Assembly (NCBI GenBank): GCA_963792965.1 | Contig: CAWBYW010000012.1 | Location: 1-56,517 of the forward strand | DNA length: 56,517 bases | Direction of reading: 5' to 3' | DNA from: an uncultured delta proteobacterium | GTDB lineage: Bacteria; Desulfobacterota; Zymogenia; Zymogenales; Zymogenaceae | In this document: one piece after another, positions 23,775 through 32,402 of the stretch | Layout of the letters: each line of letters starts with the position of its first letter | Position numbering within the stretch: the stretch's first letter is position 1 | Notes under the pieces: model-generated | What the model was told of the DNA's origin: nothing | The model's input: only the letters and a program-made list of their open reading frames with translations | Databases searched by the model: none | Program-made: the position numbers and the translations under genes

Positions 23775-26177
23775 ATGAAAGCGACCATACAGTGGCTCAG
23801 GGACTTCGTCGATATCGATCTGGACGTCCATCGACTTACCGATCTCCTTACCATGTCCGGCCTCGAGGTGGAGGCGGTCCAGCAACTGGGCGAGGGACTC
23901 GATAAGGTCATCGTCGGCAAGATCGTAAAGACCGCCGTTCACCCCGAGAACGAAAAACTCTCCGTGGCGACGGTTGATATGGGAAAGGGGACGGTCAGCG
24001 TCGTTTCCTCGGCGCCGAATATCGCCGTGGGGCTCAACAGCGCCCTCGCGCTCCCCGGGACCCGGCTTCCGGGAGGTATCACCGTCGAGAAGCGCGCGTT
24101 CGGCGGTATCGAATCGGTGGGAGTGTTGTTGGCGGAGGATGAAATGGGACTTACCGCCGACCACACGGGGGTCATGGAGCTGCCACAGACGGCACGAGTC
24201 GGATCGCCGCTCTCGAAACTCTTGAATCTTTCCGACTGGCTGCTCGACATCGGGGTCACCCCCAACCGGGCCGACTGCCTGTCGATCGTGGGCCTGGCGC
24301 GGGAAATCTCCGCACTAACAAATGTGCCCTTTCGGCCGTTGGCGATTCCAATCAGAGAAGACGGCCCCGACGTCCATAGCCTCAGCTCGGTGGAGGTCAT
24401 CGACAAGGACCTCTGCCCGCGGTATACCGCGCGGGTCATTCAGCACGTCACGATCGGGAAGTCCCCCTTCTGGATGCGCCTTCGCCTCAAGCAGCTGGAC
24501 GTGAGAGACATCAGCAATATCGTCGATATCACCAACTACGTCATGCTCGAATACGGTCAGCCCCTGCACGCCTTTGATTACCGGTTGCTGGCGCAAAACC
24601 GGATCGTCGTCAAGCGTGCCGCGCGCGGTGGGGGCTTCTTCACTCTCGACACCGTCGAGAGGAAGCTCGACGAAGACATCCTCATGATATGCGACGGAGA
24701 GAAGCCGGTGGCGATCGGCGGCGTCATGGGGGGAGCCAACTCCGAGATACAGGACGATACCGACACAGTCCTCCTTGAGAGCGCCTATTTTCACCCGCCC
24801 TCAATCCGCAGGACGTCAAAGAAGCTCGGGCTCTCCACGGAGGCGGCCTTCCGGTTTGAGCGGGGCGTGGATCCCGACGGGGTGATAGCCGCCGGAAACC
24901 GGGCGGCCCAGCTGATGCAAGAGCTTGCGGGGGGCGTTATCGCCAAGGGGATCATCGACATACAGGGTGAGGTGCCCCGACCCAAGCCGATCACCATCCG
25001 CACGGCGCGCACAAAGAAGATCATGGGGTTTGACGTGACCACCCCCGAGATCAGGAACTACCTCGAGCGGCTTTTTATCGACGTGAAAGACGAGAAAGCC
25101 GATGCGGTCACCGCACAGCCCCCCACGTTCCGCATGGATCTCGAACGGGAGATCGACCTGATCGAGGAGGTGGCCCGGCTTAAAGGGTTTAGCGAGATCC
25201 CCGAAACCCTCCCGGAGATTCGGATGGACTATACCTCGAGATCGCCCATCCGCTCGCTCCGTGAAGAGATCTCGGACATTATGCTTTCGTTGGGCTTTAA
25301 CGAGGTGATTACCTACAGCTTTATCGGAGCCGACTCCTTTGACAAAATGGGGCTTGCCCCGAAAGATCCGAAGCGGTCAACGATCCCCCTCAAAAACCCG
25401 ATGAACGAAGACATGGCGGTTATGCGGACGACGCTGATTCCGGGGATCATCAAGACGGCGGTCACAAATATCAATTACCTGAACTACGACCTGAGGCTCT
25501 TCGAGGTTGCCCGGGTCTTTCTCCCACGGGCAAAGGGGCTCCCGGACGAAGAGGAAACGCTGTGCGCGCTGATCTCCGGAAAGCGCTCACCGAGGCAGTG
25601 GGGGATGCCGGCGCTTGATGTCGATTTTTACGACGTGAAAGGAATATGGGAGACGATTGTTGACAAGCTGGGGCTTACGGACATAGAATATGCGGACAAT
25701 ACCGAGTATCTATATCTGGACCCGGTCGAGTCATGTGTCATCTCCTATAGGGGTGACACCATCGGCCGCGTCGGGAAAATCGACCGGGACGTGATGAAAA
25801 ACTTCGATCTCGTTCGGGACGCTTACCTGTTGGAGGTGACCGTCACGGGTCTCGTCGGTGGGACCGATCATGAGGCCTCGTTCAGACCGATACCCCGATA
25901 TCCATCGGTCCTGCGGGATATCTCCCTCATGGTGGGCAGTGATGTCAAGGCCAAAGAGATCGTCGACGCAATAAAAGGTGCGGGTGATTCCATGATCAAG
26001 GATGTTACCATATTCGATATGTATATGGGAAAACAGATCCAGGAAGGGAAGAAGAGCCTTGCACTGACGGTACGATACCAGTCCGAAGATCGAACGCTGA
26101 CCGATGAGGAGGTGAATGTGATGCACGGCCGCGTCATCGACCTCTTAAAGAAGAGACTTGGTGTTCAGATCAGATAG
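23775..26177 (+). CDS. pheT: Phenylalanine--tRNA ligase beta subunit
   Basis: TPNRADCLS, DITNYVMLEYGQPLHAFD, FRFERGVD, DLIEEVAR, RTLTDEEV. Confidence 0.98.
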   Translation: MKATIQWLRDFVDIDLDVHRLTDLLTMSGLEVEAVQQLGEGLDKVIVGKIVKTAVHPENEKLSVATVDMGKGTVSVVSSAPNIAVGLNSALALPGTRLPGGITVEKRAFGGIESVGVLLAEDEMGLTADHTGVMELPQTARVGSPLSKLLNLSDWLLDIGVTPNRADCLSIVGLAREISALTNVPFRPLAIPIREDGPDVHSLSSVEVIDKDLCPRYTARVIQHVTIGKSPFWMRLRLKQLDVRDISNIVDITNYVMLEYGQPLHAFDYRLLAQNRIVVKRAARGGGFFTLDTVERKLDEDILMICDGEKPVAIGGVMGGANSEIQDDTDTVLLESAYFHPPSIRRTSKKLGLSTEAAFRFERGVDPDGVIAAGNRAAQLMQELAGGVIAKGIIDIQGEVPRPKPITIRTARTKKIMGFDVTTPEIRNYLERLFIDVKDEKADAVTAQPPTFRMDLEREIDLIEEVARLKGFSEIPETLPEIRMDYTSRSPIRSLREEISDIMLSLGFNEVITYSFIGADSFDKMGLAPKDPKRSTIPLKNPMNEDMAVMRTTLIPGIIKTAVTNINYLNYDLRLFEVARVFLPRAKGLPDEEETLCALISGKRSPRQWGMPALDVDFYDVKGIWETIVDKLGLTDIEYADNTEYLYLDPVESCVISYRGDTIGRVGKIDRDVMKNFDLVRDAYLLEVTVTGLVGGTDHEASFRPIPRYPSVLRDISLMVGSDVKAKEIVDAIKGAGDSMIKDVTIFDMYMGKQIQEGKKSLALTVRYQSEDRTLTDEEVNVMHGRVIDLLKKRLGVQIR

Positions 26178-26200
26178 CACCTTTTTGGGGGGTATATGTT

Positions 26201-26476
26201 ATGACGAAGACCGATTTGATAAATTCCATTTATAAGAACCTGGGGTTGTCAAAGAAGGAGTCCGCAGTCATTGTCGACGAGCTTTTTGAGATCATAAAGG
26301 AGACCCTCGAGAGCGGTGAGAAGGTGAAAATATCCGGATTCGGTAATTTCGTGGTTCGACAGAAGGAGCCGAGGAAGGGACGCAACCCCCAGACCGGCGA
26401 TGAGCTGGAAATCGACGCGCGACGGGTCGTCACCTTTAAGCCGAGCCATGTCCTGAAGAGGGCCCTCAACGAATAG
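26201..26476 (+). CDS. ihfA: Integration host factor alpha
   Basis: VKISGFGNF...RKGRNPQTG...RRVVTFKPS; canonical position after pheT. Confidence 0.95.
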   Translation: MTKTDLINSIYKNLGLSKKESAVIVDELFEIIKETLESGEKVKISGFGNFVVRQKEPRKGRNPQTGDELEIDARRVVTFKPSHVLKRALNE

Positions 26477-26483
26477 ATTTGTC

Positions 26484-26512
26484 TTGATTTATTAAGCGTT
26501 TTTCGATATACT
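26484..26512 (+). promoter_or_regulatory. Sigma70 promoter of tRNA-Pro
   Basis: TTGATT-17 nt-TATACT. Confidence 0.6.
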
Positions 26513-26580
26513 TTCTTAATTCGATCAGGGTGCGGGATAGGGAGCGTGGGCAGGCAAGGCAATCATCTCCAGGAAATAAT

Positions 26581-26658
26581 CGGGACGTAGCGCAGACTGG
26601 TTAGCGCACATGACTGGGGGTCATGGGGTCGGAGGTTCAAATCCTCTCGTCCCGACCA
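26581..26658 (+). tRNA. tRNA-Pro(GGG)
   Basis: Acceptor CGGGACG/CGTCCCG, anticodon stem CATGA/TCATG with loop CT-GGG-GG, GGTTCAAATCC, encoded CCA. Confidence 0.96.
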
Positions 26659-26666
26659 ATGATATC

Positions 26667-26699
26667 AAGGGGTCACGAGGTTTCTCGTGGCCCTTTTTT
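26667..26699 (+). terminator. tRNA-Pro terminator
   Basis: AGGGGTCACGAG-gttt-CTCGTGGCCCT followed by a T-run. Confidence 0.75.
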
Positions 26700-26792
26700 G
26701 TGCCCGTCGGCAAAAATAACGGCCCGTTAAAGATAACGCCTGTCACTATCGATCTGTCTCACGAGATCGTATTTGTCGCTATATTCGTGTCG

Positions 26793-27500
26793 TTATCCCT
26801 TCAGTTTTCTGGCGAGAAATTCGTCGACGGCGGCGGCATATTCGTTTTCGTGGGTGAAACGCAACAGATGCCCTGTGTGCGGCAAAATGTGTTCTTCCGC
26901 GCCGGGAATACCCTCAGTCAATTCTTTTGCGGCAAGAGGACCGATCAAACGATCGTCCTCGGGGGTCAGAATGAGAGTAGGAACCTGTACACGCGTCAGA
27001 CCCGGACGCAGGTCGGCTTTGAGGATCATTTCCCCACGCCGAATGAATGTCCTTGCATCACTGTGGTTGAGGAAAAGATCGCGGAGCTCGGCGGCTGTAT
27101 CGGGCGGGTCAAATTTCGATCCGAGACTCTGTACGTGAAAATAGACGGATATTGGATAGCCGGTTTGTCCAAGGACCTTTCCTGCGACCACCCGGAACTT
27201 AGTAAAGAGAGAGACGTCGACCTTTGCAAAACCTCCGGACATGACCAGTGCGCGCAGATTTTTCGGCTGACGCTCGGCCAACGCCAGGGCGACACTTGCG
27301 CCGAAAGAATCACCAACCAGAATATATTCATCAAGCCCGTTGGCCCAGCCGGCAACGAGATCGGCATAATTGTCGATACTCCCGGCGTCATGTAGTTGAC
27401 CGGTTATTAGTCTTCTGTTCTTCCACATTGGAAATGAATCAGTATTCCATGGTGCTCCAGAAAAGCAGGGTACGAGAACAAGTGCGATGTTAGTATACAT
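26793..27500 (-). CDS. Alpha/beta-fold hydrolase
   Basis: Nucleophile elbow LVGDSFG, VPTLIL..EDD, TGHL; GAGGAGG RBS on the minus strand. Confidence 0.8.
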   Translation of the reverse strand: MYTNIALVLVPCFSGAPWNTDSFPMWKNRRLITGQLHDAGSIDNYADLVAGWANGLDEYILVGDSFGASVALALAERQPKNLRALVMSGGFAKVDVSLFTKFRVVAGKVLGQTGYPISVYFHVQSLGSKFDPPDTAAELRDLFLNHSDARTFIRRGEMILKADLRPGLTRVQVPTLILTPEDDRLIGPLAAKELTEGIPGAEEHILPHTGHLLRFTHENEYAAAVDEFLARKLKG

Positions 27501-27711
27501 AGTGCCTCCTCTCTTTTATTATTACTATTATACCATTAAAATAAATTCTTACCTCCTCGATTTGACGTAAGACAACAGTTGCCTCCATCCGCATTGTATA
27601 GGTTATGTCCAAATGGTGCCACACGCTTTGAAATTGACAGAGCCGGTCATTGAAGAAGAACGAAAGGTTAGGCCGATTTTGCTCTGATAACGACAGGCTG
27701 GCCTAACCCCT

Positions 27712-27806
27712 CACATGACCGGAGGTCATTGGGTCGGAGGTTCAAATCCTCTCGTTCCGACCAAGGATATCAAGGGGTTACGAGGTTTTCTCGTAGCCCC
27801 TTTTTG
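27712..27806 (+). repeat. Degenerate direct repeat of the tRNA-Pro 3' part plus terminator (att-like copy 2)
   Basis: 27712-27763 matches the tRNA 3' 52 nt with 4 mismatches, then GATATCAAGGGG and the terminator hairpin. Confidence 0.9.
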
Positions 27807-28202
27807 CTATGATAGCAGAAAACAGTAGCAGAATCGGTGCTAAACGGTAAAAATGGTATCAAAATAGGTAGTTATAGGTGTCGTTGAAAAGATATACAAT
27901 TCTTCGTAAAGACCACATGACCAAGGTCATGCTGTAATGTCTATAATTACTAACCAGCTAAAGAGTGAGCGATGCCGGAAATGTCTTATCCGCAGGGTGA
28001 AAGCCTAAAGGTCGCTTTTCATAGCATTTACGGTTGATTTCTGCAAGCTACGAGGATAGAATCTTCCATCGAGATAGCGACTTGACTGCAGTTGAGTAAA
28101 TAGGCGCGGGTCTTTCGAGGATATGGAACCAAACGACCCCATGTCAGTGGTTGATAGGGGGAATCTCGATTCAATATTCTCATACCTTTCGTGAGGACTC
28201 CC

Positions 28203-29276
28203 ATGAGCAAGATCGAAAAGATCAAATTCGCCCTCGTCGGGTGCGGCCGAATCAGTGACCTCCACGCCAGGGCCTACCGGGGATGTCAGGACGCCGAGAT
28301 CTTCGCCGTGTGCGACGTAAACGAGGATCGGGCGCGTCAAAAGAAGGAGGAGTGGGGCGCCGCCAAGGTTTATTCCGATTACGAGAAGCTACTGCGCGAT
28401 CCTGAAATCGAGGCCGTGGAGCTGCTGGTCCCCCACAACCTCCATGCCGACATGACGATTGCAGCGGCCGAGTCAAAAAAACACGTAAGCGTCCAAAAGC
28501 CGATGGCGACCTCAGTGTCCGAGGCAAGATCGATGATTAAGGCCGCCAAAAAAAGCGGCGTTCTCCTCAAAGTCTTTGAGAACTTCGTTTTCTACCCGCC
28601 CTATGTGAAGGCAAAAGAGCTTGTCGTCGCAGGCGCCATCGGAAAGCTCATTACGGTGAGGATGAAAATGATCTCCGCCGGGCGTGGTGGATGGGAGGTC
28701 CCGGGGGAGTCGTGGCTCTGGCGGCTGGACGAGGCGAAGTCGGGCGGGGGACTTATCGTCTTCGACGATGGCTATCATAAGTTCTCTCAGGCCTACGACA
28801 TCGGTGGGGAGGTCGAAAAGGTGATTGCCTGGATCGATCATACCGACACGGTGGTTGATGCACCTTCCTTCGTCCTGTGGAAGTATAAGGAAGGGGCGGC
28901 GGCACGTTACGGACAGTACGACATGACGTTTGCTCGCGACTTGTACATAAATTCAAGATACTACGCCGCCGACGACCGGATGGAACTCGTCGGGACCGAG
29001 GGGATCATATGGGTCAATCGGCACCATGGCAATATGCTCCAGGAGCCGTCGGTCGTCCTCTATCGTGAGGGTGAGACCAGGTCGTTTCATGGGCTGAGGG
29101 ACGATTGGGGGGAGTCTTTTATCGATTCCGGCCGCGACTTCTTCCAGTGCATCAAGGACAACCGGAATCCTAAGCTGTCAGGCGAGGTTGGTCTTAAGGT
29201 TCTTCAATTCTCCTTGGCACCGGAGATATCGAGTCGCGAGAAACGTGAGGTCGACCCGTCCACGATTGAGACCTAA
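28203..29276 (+). CDS. Gfo/Idh/MocA family oxidoreductase
   Basis: VGCGRIS Rossmann motif, HVSVQKPMA, SGGG..FDDGYH. Confidence 0.9.
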   Translation: MSKIEKIKFALVGCGRISDLHARAYRGCQDAEIFAVCDVNEDRARQKKEEWGAAKVYSDYEKLLRDPEIEAVELLVPHNLHADMTIAAAESKKHVSVQKPMATSVSEARSMIKAAKKSGVLLKVFENFVFYPPYVKAKELVVAGAIGKLITVRMKMISAGRGGWEVPGESWLWRLDEAKSGGGLIVFDDGYHKFSQAYDIGGEVEKVIAWIDHTDTVVDAPSFVLWKYKEGAAARYGQYDMTFARDLYINSRYYAADDRMELVGTEGIIWVNRHHGNMLQEPSVVLYREGETRSFHGLRDDWGESFIDSGRDFFQCIKDNRNPKLSGEVGLKVLQFSLAPEISSREKREVDPSTIET

Positions 29277-29547
29277 GGAGAAGAAAAAGTACTAAAAATA
29301 GAAAGGGAATTACCGATTGCTTTCGTGGCTATTTCTGGATTAAACCATAAAGAAAGAATACCTGGCTTCTTAAGGAATTCTAACTGCCTTGATCACCATC
29401 CGGGTGATTATAAAGTGAAGGGCGGCCAATATCTGCGCCCTTTCCTAATTTCAACCAGTTATAGGCGCCAAGTATTCATACGGTAATACTGTTACAAAAA
29501 GTGTTATGGGACGGACATGCCTCTACAGCCAGCGGATCAATAATGGT

Positions 29548-30636
29548 TCATGATTTATTAGCCGATGAATATATCTTTTCCGCGACGGCGACCGTCCTGT
29601 CAACAAGCTCATTAAGGTCAAGTTCTCCGACTCCCGCTAAGTCAACCGCCACCTTGTTTTTCCATGGCTTTGTCCAGTGTTCCGGGATCGGTTTACCTGC
29701 CAGTCCCAAGATGCCGCCTACTGTTGCACCATTGCAGTCGGTATCAAGCCCTGCTGCAACTGTCTCGCCGATCGCGGCTGAAAAGTCGTCTTCATATGTC
29801 AGAATTGCCCAGACCACAAGAGCGAGGTTGTTGAGCACGTGAACTGCCGGGTAATCCTTATACTTATCGTGAAGAAGTATTACCGCATCGTCTTTTCCGG
29901 CGATGGATATCCCGAATTTTACCGCTTCAAACGCTCCACTATTTTCAGGGATTTCTTTTATGGCTGATTCAATTGCACCGGGGATTGAACCAGTGGCTGG
30001 TATAAGCGCACCAAGCGCGGCGATGAAAGCCGCACCTTCAATCCCATCATCCCTATGCGAAAGCATTGCATCCTGACGTGCCAGGTGTGTAGCCAGGTCA
30101 GGTCTTCCCGGACAGACCCAGCCATACATGTCGGCCCTTATCATGGCTCCTATCCAGTCTGCCCATTCGTTCATTGAGCACGTTGAAAGGTCGAAACCCG
30201 GCGGCAGCCCTAAATAGGCGGTAGCATCGTCGGTGAGTGAAAGAAGAATTTTATAAGCAGCCTTTTCTGCCGTGAAGGTTTTGCCGGCCGGAATATAGCT
30301 CAGCCATGATGATGCAACGTTCTGCGTTGTGAGGCCGAGTCCATACTTTTCAAGCATGATGAGAGCAAGCACGGTATAATTAATATCATCATCCGGCTCA
30401 CTGCGGGTGATATACTCCTTGCATGACAGCTTGCCCATAATATCAACAAATGGATTGGCGGTATATGGAATATAGTCTCTCAGAGGTAAAGCGCCCGTGT
30501 CCTTCAGGAAGGCCCTCATTGCATCCAGCCCAAGGAAGTTGGACATGATTTCAACCGGTTTACCCAGTTGGCAGCCAGAGATTCTTCCCTCCCATGCACT
30601 CTTTATCCTGTTTCGATCGACCTGTTGAGCCTTCAT
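29548..30636 (-). CDS. ADP-ribosylglycohydrolase family protein
   Basis: GCQLGKPVE, PDDDINYT, WIGAMIRAD, LSH, GLDTDCNGATVGGILG. Confidence 0.88.
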   Translation of the reverse strand: MKAQQVDRNRIKSAWEGRISGCQLGKPVEIMSNFLGLDAMRAFLKDTGALPLRDYIPYTANPFVDIMGKLSCKEYITRSEPDDDINYTVLALIMLEKYGLGLTTQNVASSWLSYIPAGKTFTAEKAAYKILLSLTDDATAYLGLPPGFDLSTCSMNEWADWIGAMIRADMYGWVCPGRPDLATHLARQDAMLSHRDDGIEGAAFIAALGALIPATGSIPGAIESAIKEIPENSGAFEAVKFGISIAGKDDAVILLHDKYKDYPAVHVLNNLALVVWAILTYEDDFSAAIGETVAAGLDTDCNGATVGGILGLAGKPIPEHWTKPWKNKVAVDLAGVGELDLNELVDRTVAVAEKIYSSANKS

Positions 30637-30719
30637 CTTGTATTACCCTTTATACGAGTCTGAATACTACCGTCCGGAATAGTTCTACGGTTGTCCCAGG
30701 CATAGTTGAAACTTAATAA

Positions 30720-30850
30720 GAGGGTGGCGATTCTCCTGCCGACTCGTTAGAATCGGGTTGGTAAACCTCTGCGAGAGGAACCGCCATGAAGAGATCGTAT
30801 CACGTCATCGGCAAAAAGGACAGCCGCAAAATCGTCGAGTACTTGACTAA
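30720..30850 (+). mobile_element. Possible IS256-family left-end stub
   Basis: RBS plus short ORF MKRSYHVIGKKDSRKIVEYL (ATG 30786) recalls the N-termini of some IS256 transposases (from memory, unverified); the ORF ends after ~30 codons. Confidence 0.3.
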
Positions 30851-31067
30851 TCTGCCCTCCGAAAAGGAGTTTATGTAAAATAGTTAGTGCTTTTAGTCAA
30901 AAGCGGCCATTGAGACTTATTATATATATGTAATAGTCATCGGCCGCTAAGTTGTTACAGAAAGTGTCACATAGATAGGGGAATTGGAGGGCATTCTAAG
31001 GCATTATAGGGAATAGTAGGGAATTGAAAATACAATGACGTCAATACTTTATCGTCTTGACCATCTT

Positions 31068-31152
31068 ACTGGGGGTCATGGGGTCGGAGGTTCAAATCCT
31101 CTCGTCCCGACCAAAGACATCAAGGGGTCACGAGGTTTTCTCGTGGCCCCTT
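31068..31152 (+). repeat. Exact direct repeat of the tRNA-Pro 3' 46 nt plus terminator (att-like copy 3)
   Basis: 31068-31113 is identical to tRNA positions 26613-26658, starting at the anticodon loop, then GACATCAAGGGGTCACGAG...CTCGTGGCCCC. Confidence 0.93.
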
Positions 31153-31356
31153 CTTAGTTAAGAACGTGATAGAAAATTAGACTCCTGAAGATCTCGGCGA
31201 TACCCGAGCCCTCTATAACTGGGAACGGCCGGCGACGATTCGTTTTCCCAGTTTTTGCTTGCCTACCGAGCCAATATTTGGTAATAATGTATACATAATC
31301 TATTAGGTTAAAGAGCCTTGAAAAGAGCGTTGGGAGCACCTCGACCGCGAGCCGCC

Positions 31357-32082
31357 ATGAGGACGCGCAGGGGGTCGGAGAGAAGCGGGTCGTCGGCGCA
31401 GAACCTCGGTAAGCTTGTCGTGTTCTTGCTCACCATCGGCGTTGTGTTCGTCCTTGGTCTGGTTCTGCTGAGAATCATCTTCCCATCCGAGAAAACGAAA
31501 ATCCCCAACCCGGAAGGCCGGCCGACAGATACGCCCCGTCCGGAGGGCGCAGCGCCGCCGCCTCCTCCGACTGAGGCGACCGGCCCCGAAGACAAAACGA
31601 CGGAAATGCGGACCTATCATGGGGAAGGGGCGGAACCCGCGGACGACCCAGCGCTCGTCTGGGCCATATCCCTCGAAATTGCCGGGGATAAGTTGCTGAA
31701 GCTTGACGGAAAAGTCTCACAGAACGGGACGTATACGGACGCCCCTCCCTCTGAATTTGACTTCTCGATCGTGCCCGACCACTACAGCATAAGCATGCTG
31801 GAGGGCGGCACACCGACCGTTAATTCGACTGATGTCGTAAATCTTGGAGAAGGCAGCATCTTTTCGACCAACGAGAAAAACCAATTGTTCGTCTTCGTCA
31901 CTCCCCGGAATCTCAGGATGGCGACGGGCACGATACCCGGTCGCTTCTTGACGAAAGGACAGGACACCCCCCTCATCTCCCTGCAGGCAGTCGTCAGGAA
32001 GGACGGCAACATAATGGGCACGCTTCGCTCTCCCTTCTCGCCGAGCGTCGAGTTTCTTTTAGTGCCTTCCCCATCGCCGTAA
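31357..32082 (+). CDS. Hypothetical bitopic membrane protein with Pro-rich linker
   Basis: One TM helix (LVVFLLTIGVVFVLGLVLL), PPPPP linker, beta-rich C-terminal domain. Confidence 0.6.
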   Translation: MRTRRGSERSGSSAQNLGKLVVFLLTIGVVFVLGLVLLRIIFPSEKTKIPNPEGRPTDTPRPEGAAPPPPPTEATGPEDKTTEMRTYHGEGAEPADDPALVWAISLEIAGDKLLKLDGKVSQNGTYTDAPPSEFDFSIVPDHYSISMLEGGTPTVNSTDVVNLGEGSIFSTNEKNQLFVFVTPRNLRMATGTIPGRFLTKGQDTPLISLQAVVRKDGNIMGTLRSPFSPSVEFLLVPSPSP

Positions 32083-32168
32083 CGAAAAAGGAGCGCCCCC
32101 ATGGATATCGGCGCCGCTCTTAAATCGAAGCACCGTTTTCCAAGGATGATCCTCGCCGACGTGACGTA

Positions 32169-32339
32169 ATTAACGCGATCAGCGGCTCGCCCAAGATCAT
32201 CGGTGCCGTTGTGTCGCTCAGCACGATCGACGTAAAACGATTCGGTAGCGGCACCCCCGATATCCTGTTCAGCTCCGAGGCCCTCAACAACGCCGCCTCC
32301 CTCGGGTATTCAAAGAAGTTGGCCCGGTATAAAGAATAG
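32169..32339 (+). pseudogene. Start-less 57-codon gene fragment resembling the C-terminus of PilX-like proteins
   Basis: ISGSPKIIGAVVS...GSGTPDILFSSEALNNA...YKE-stop; no start codon after the in-frame TAA at 32121. Confidence 0.3.
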
Positions 32340-32402
32340 GAAACATCGCCCCGCCGGAGACCGACGGTTAGCAGAGAGCGGTACATGACTGCTGCGGGAC
32401 GC

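Larger units (their letters stand above)
26659..27763. mobile_element. Islet 1 at tRNA-Pro (~1.1 kb, no integrase)
   Basis: Bounded by the tRNA and a 52-nt copy of its 3' part; carries one cargo gene. Confidence 0.6.
27764..31113. mobile_element. Islet 2 at tRNA-Pro (~3.3 kb, no integrase)
   Basis: Bounded by att-like copies 2 and 3; AT-rich spacers, two cargo genes and an IS-like stub. Confidence 0.6.

Noticed and set aside
26610-27395. 261-aa + strand ORF
   Set aside because: Starts inside the tRNA and is antisense to a recognisable hydrolase.
27712-27763. Additional tRNA genes at 27.7 and 31.1 kb
   Set aside because: Both lack the 5' acceptor strand and D-arm; they are att-like fragments.
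26581-31152. CRISPR array
   Set aside because: Repeats are tRNA-derived and kilobases apart; no short regular spacers or cas genes anywhere in the window.
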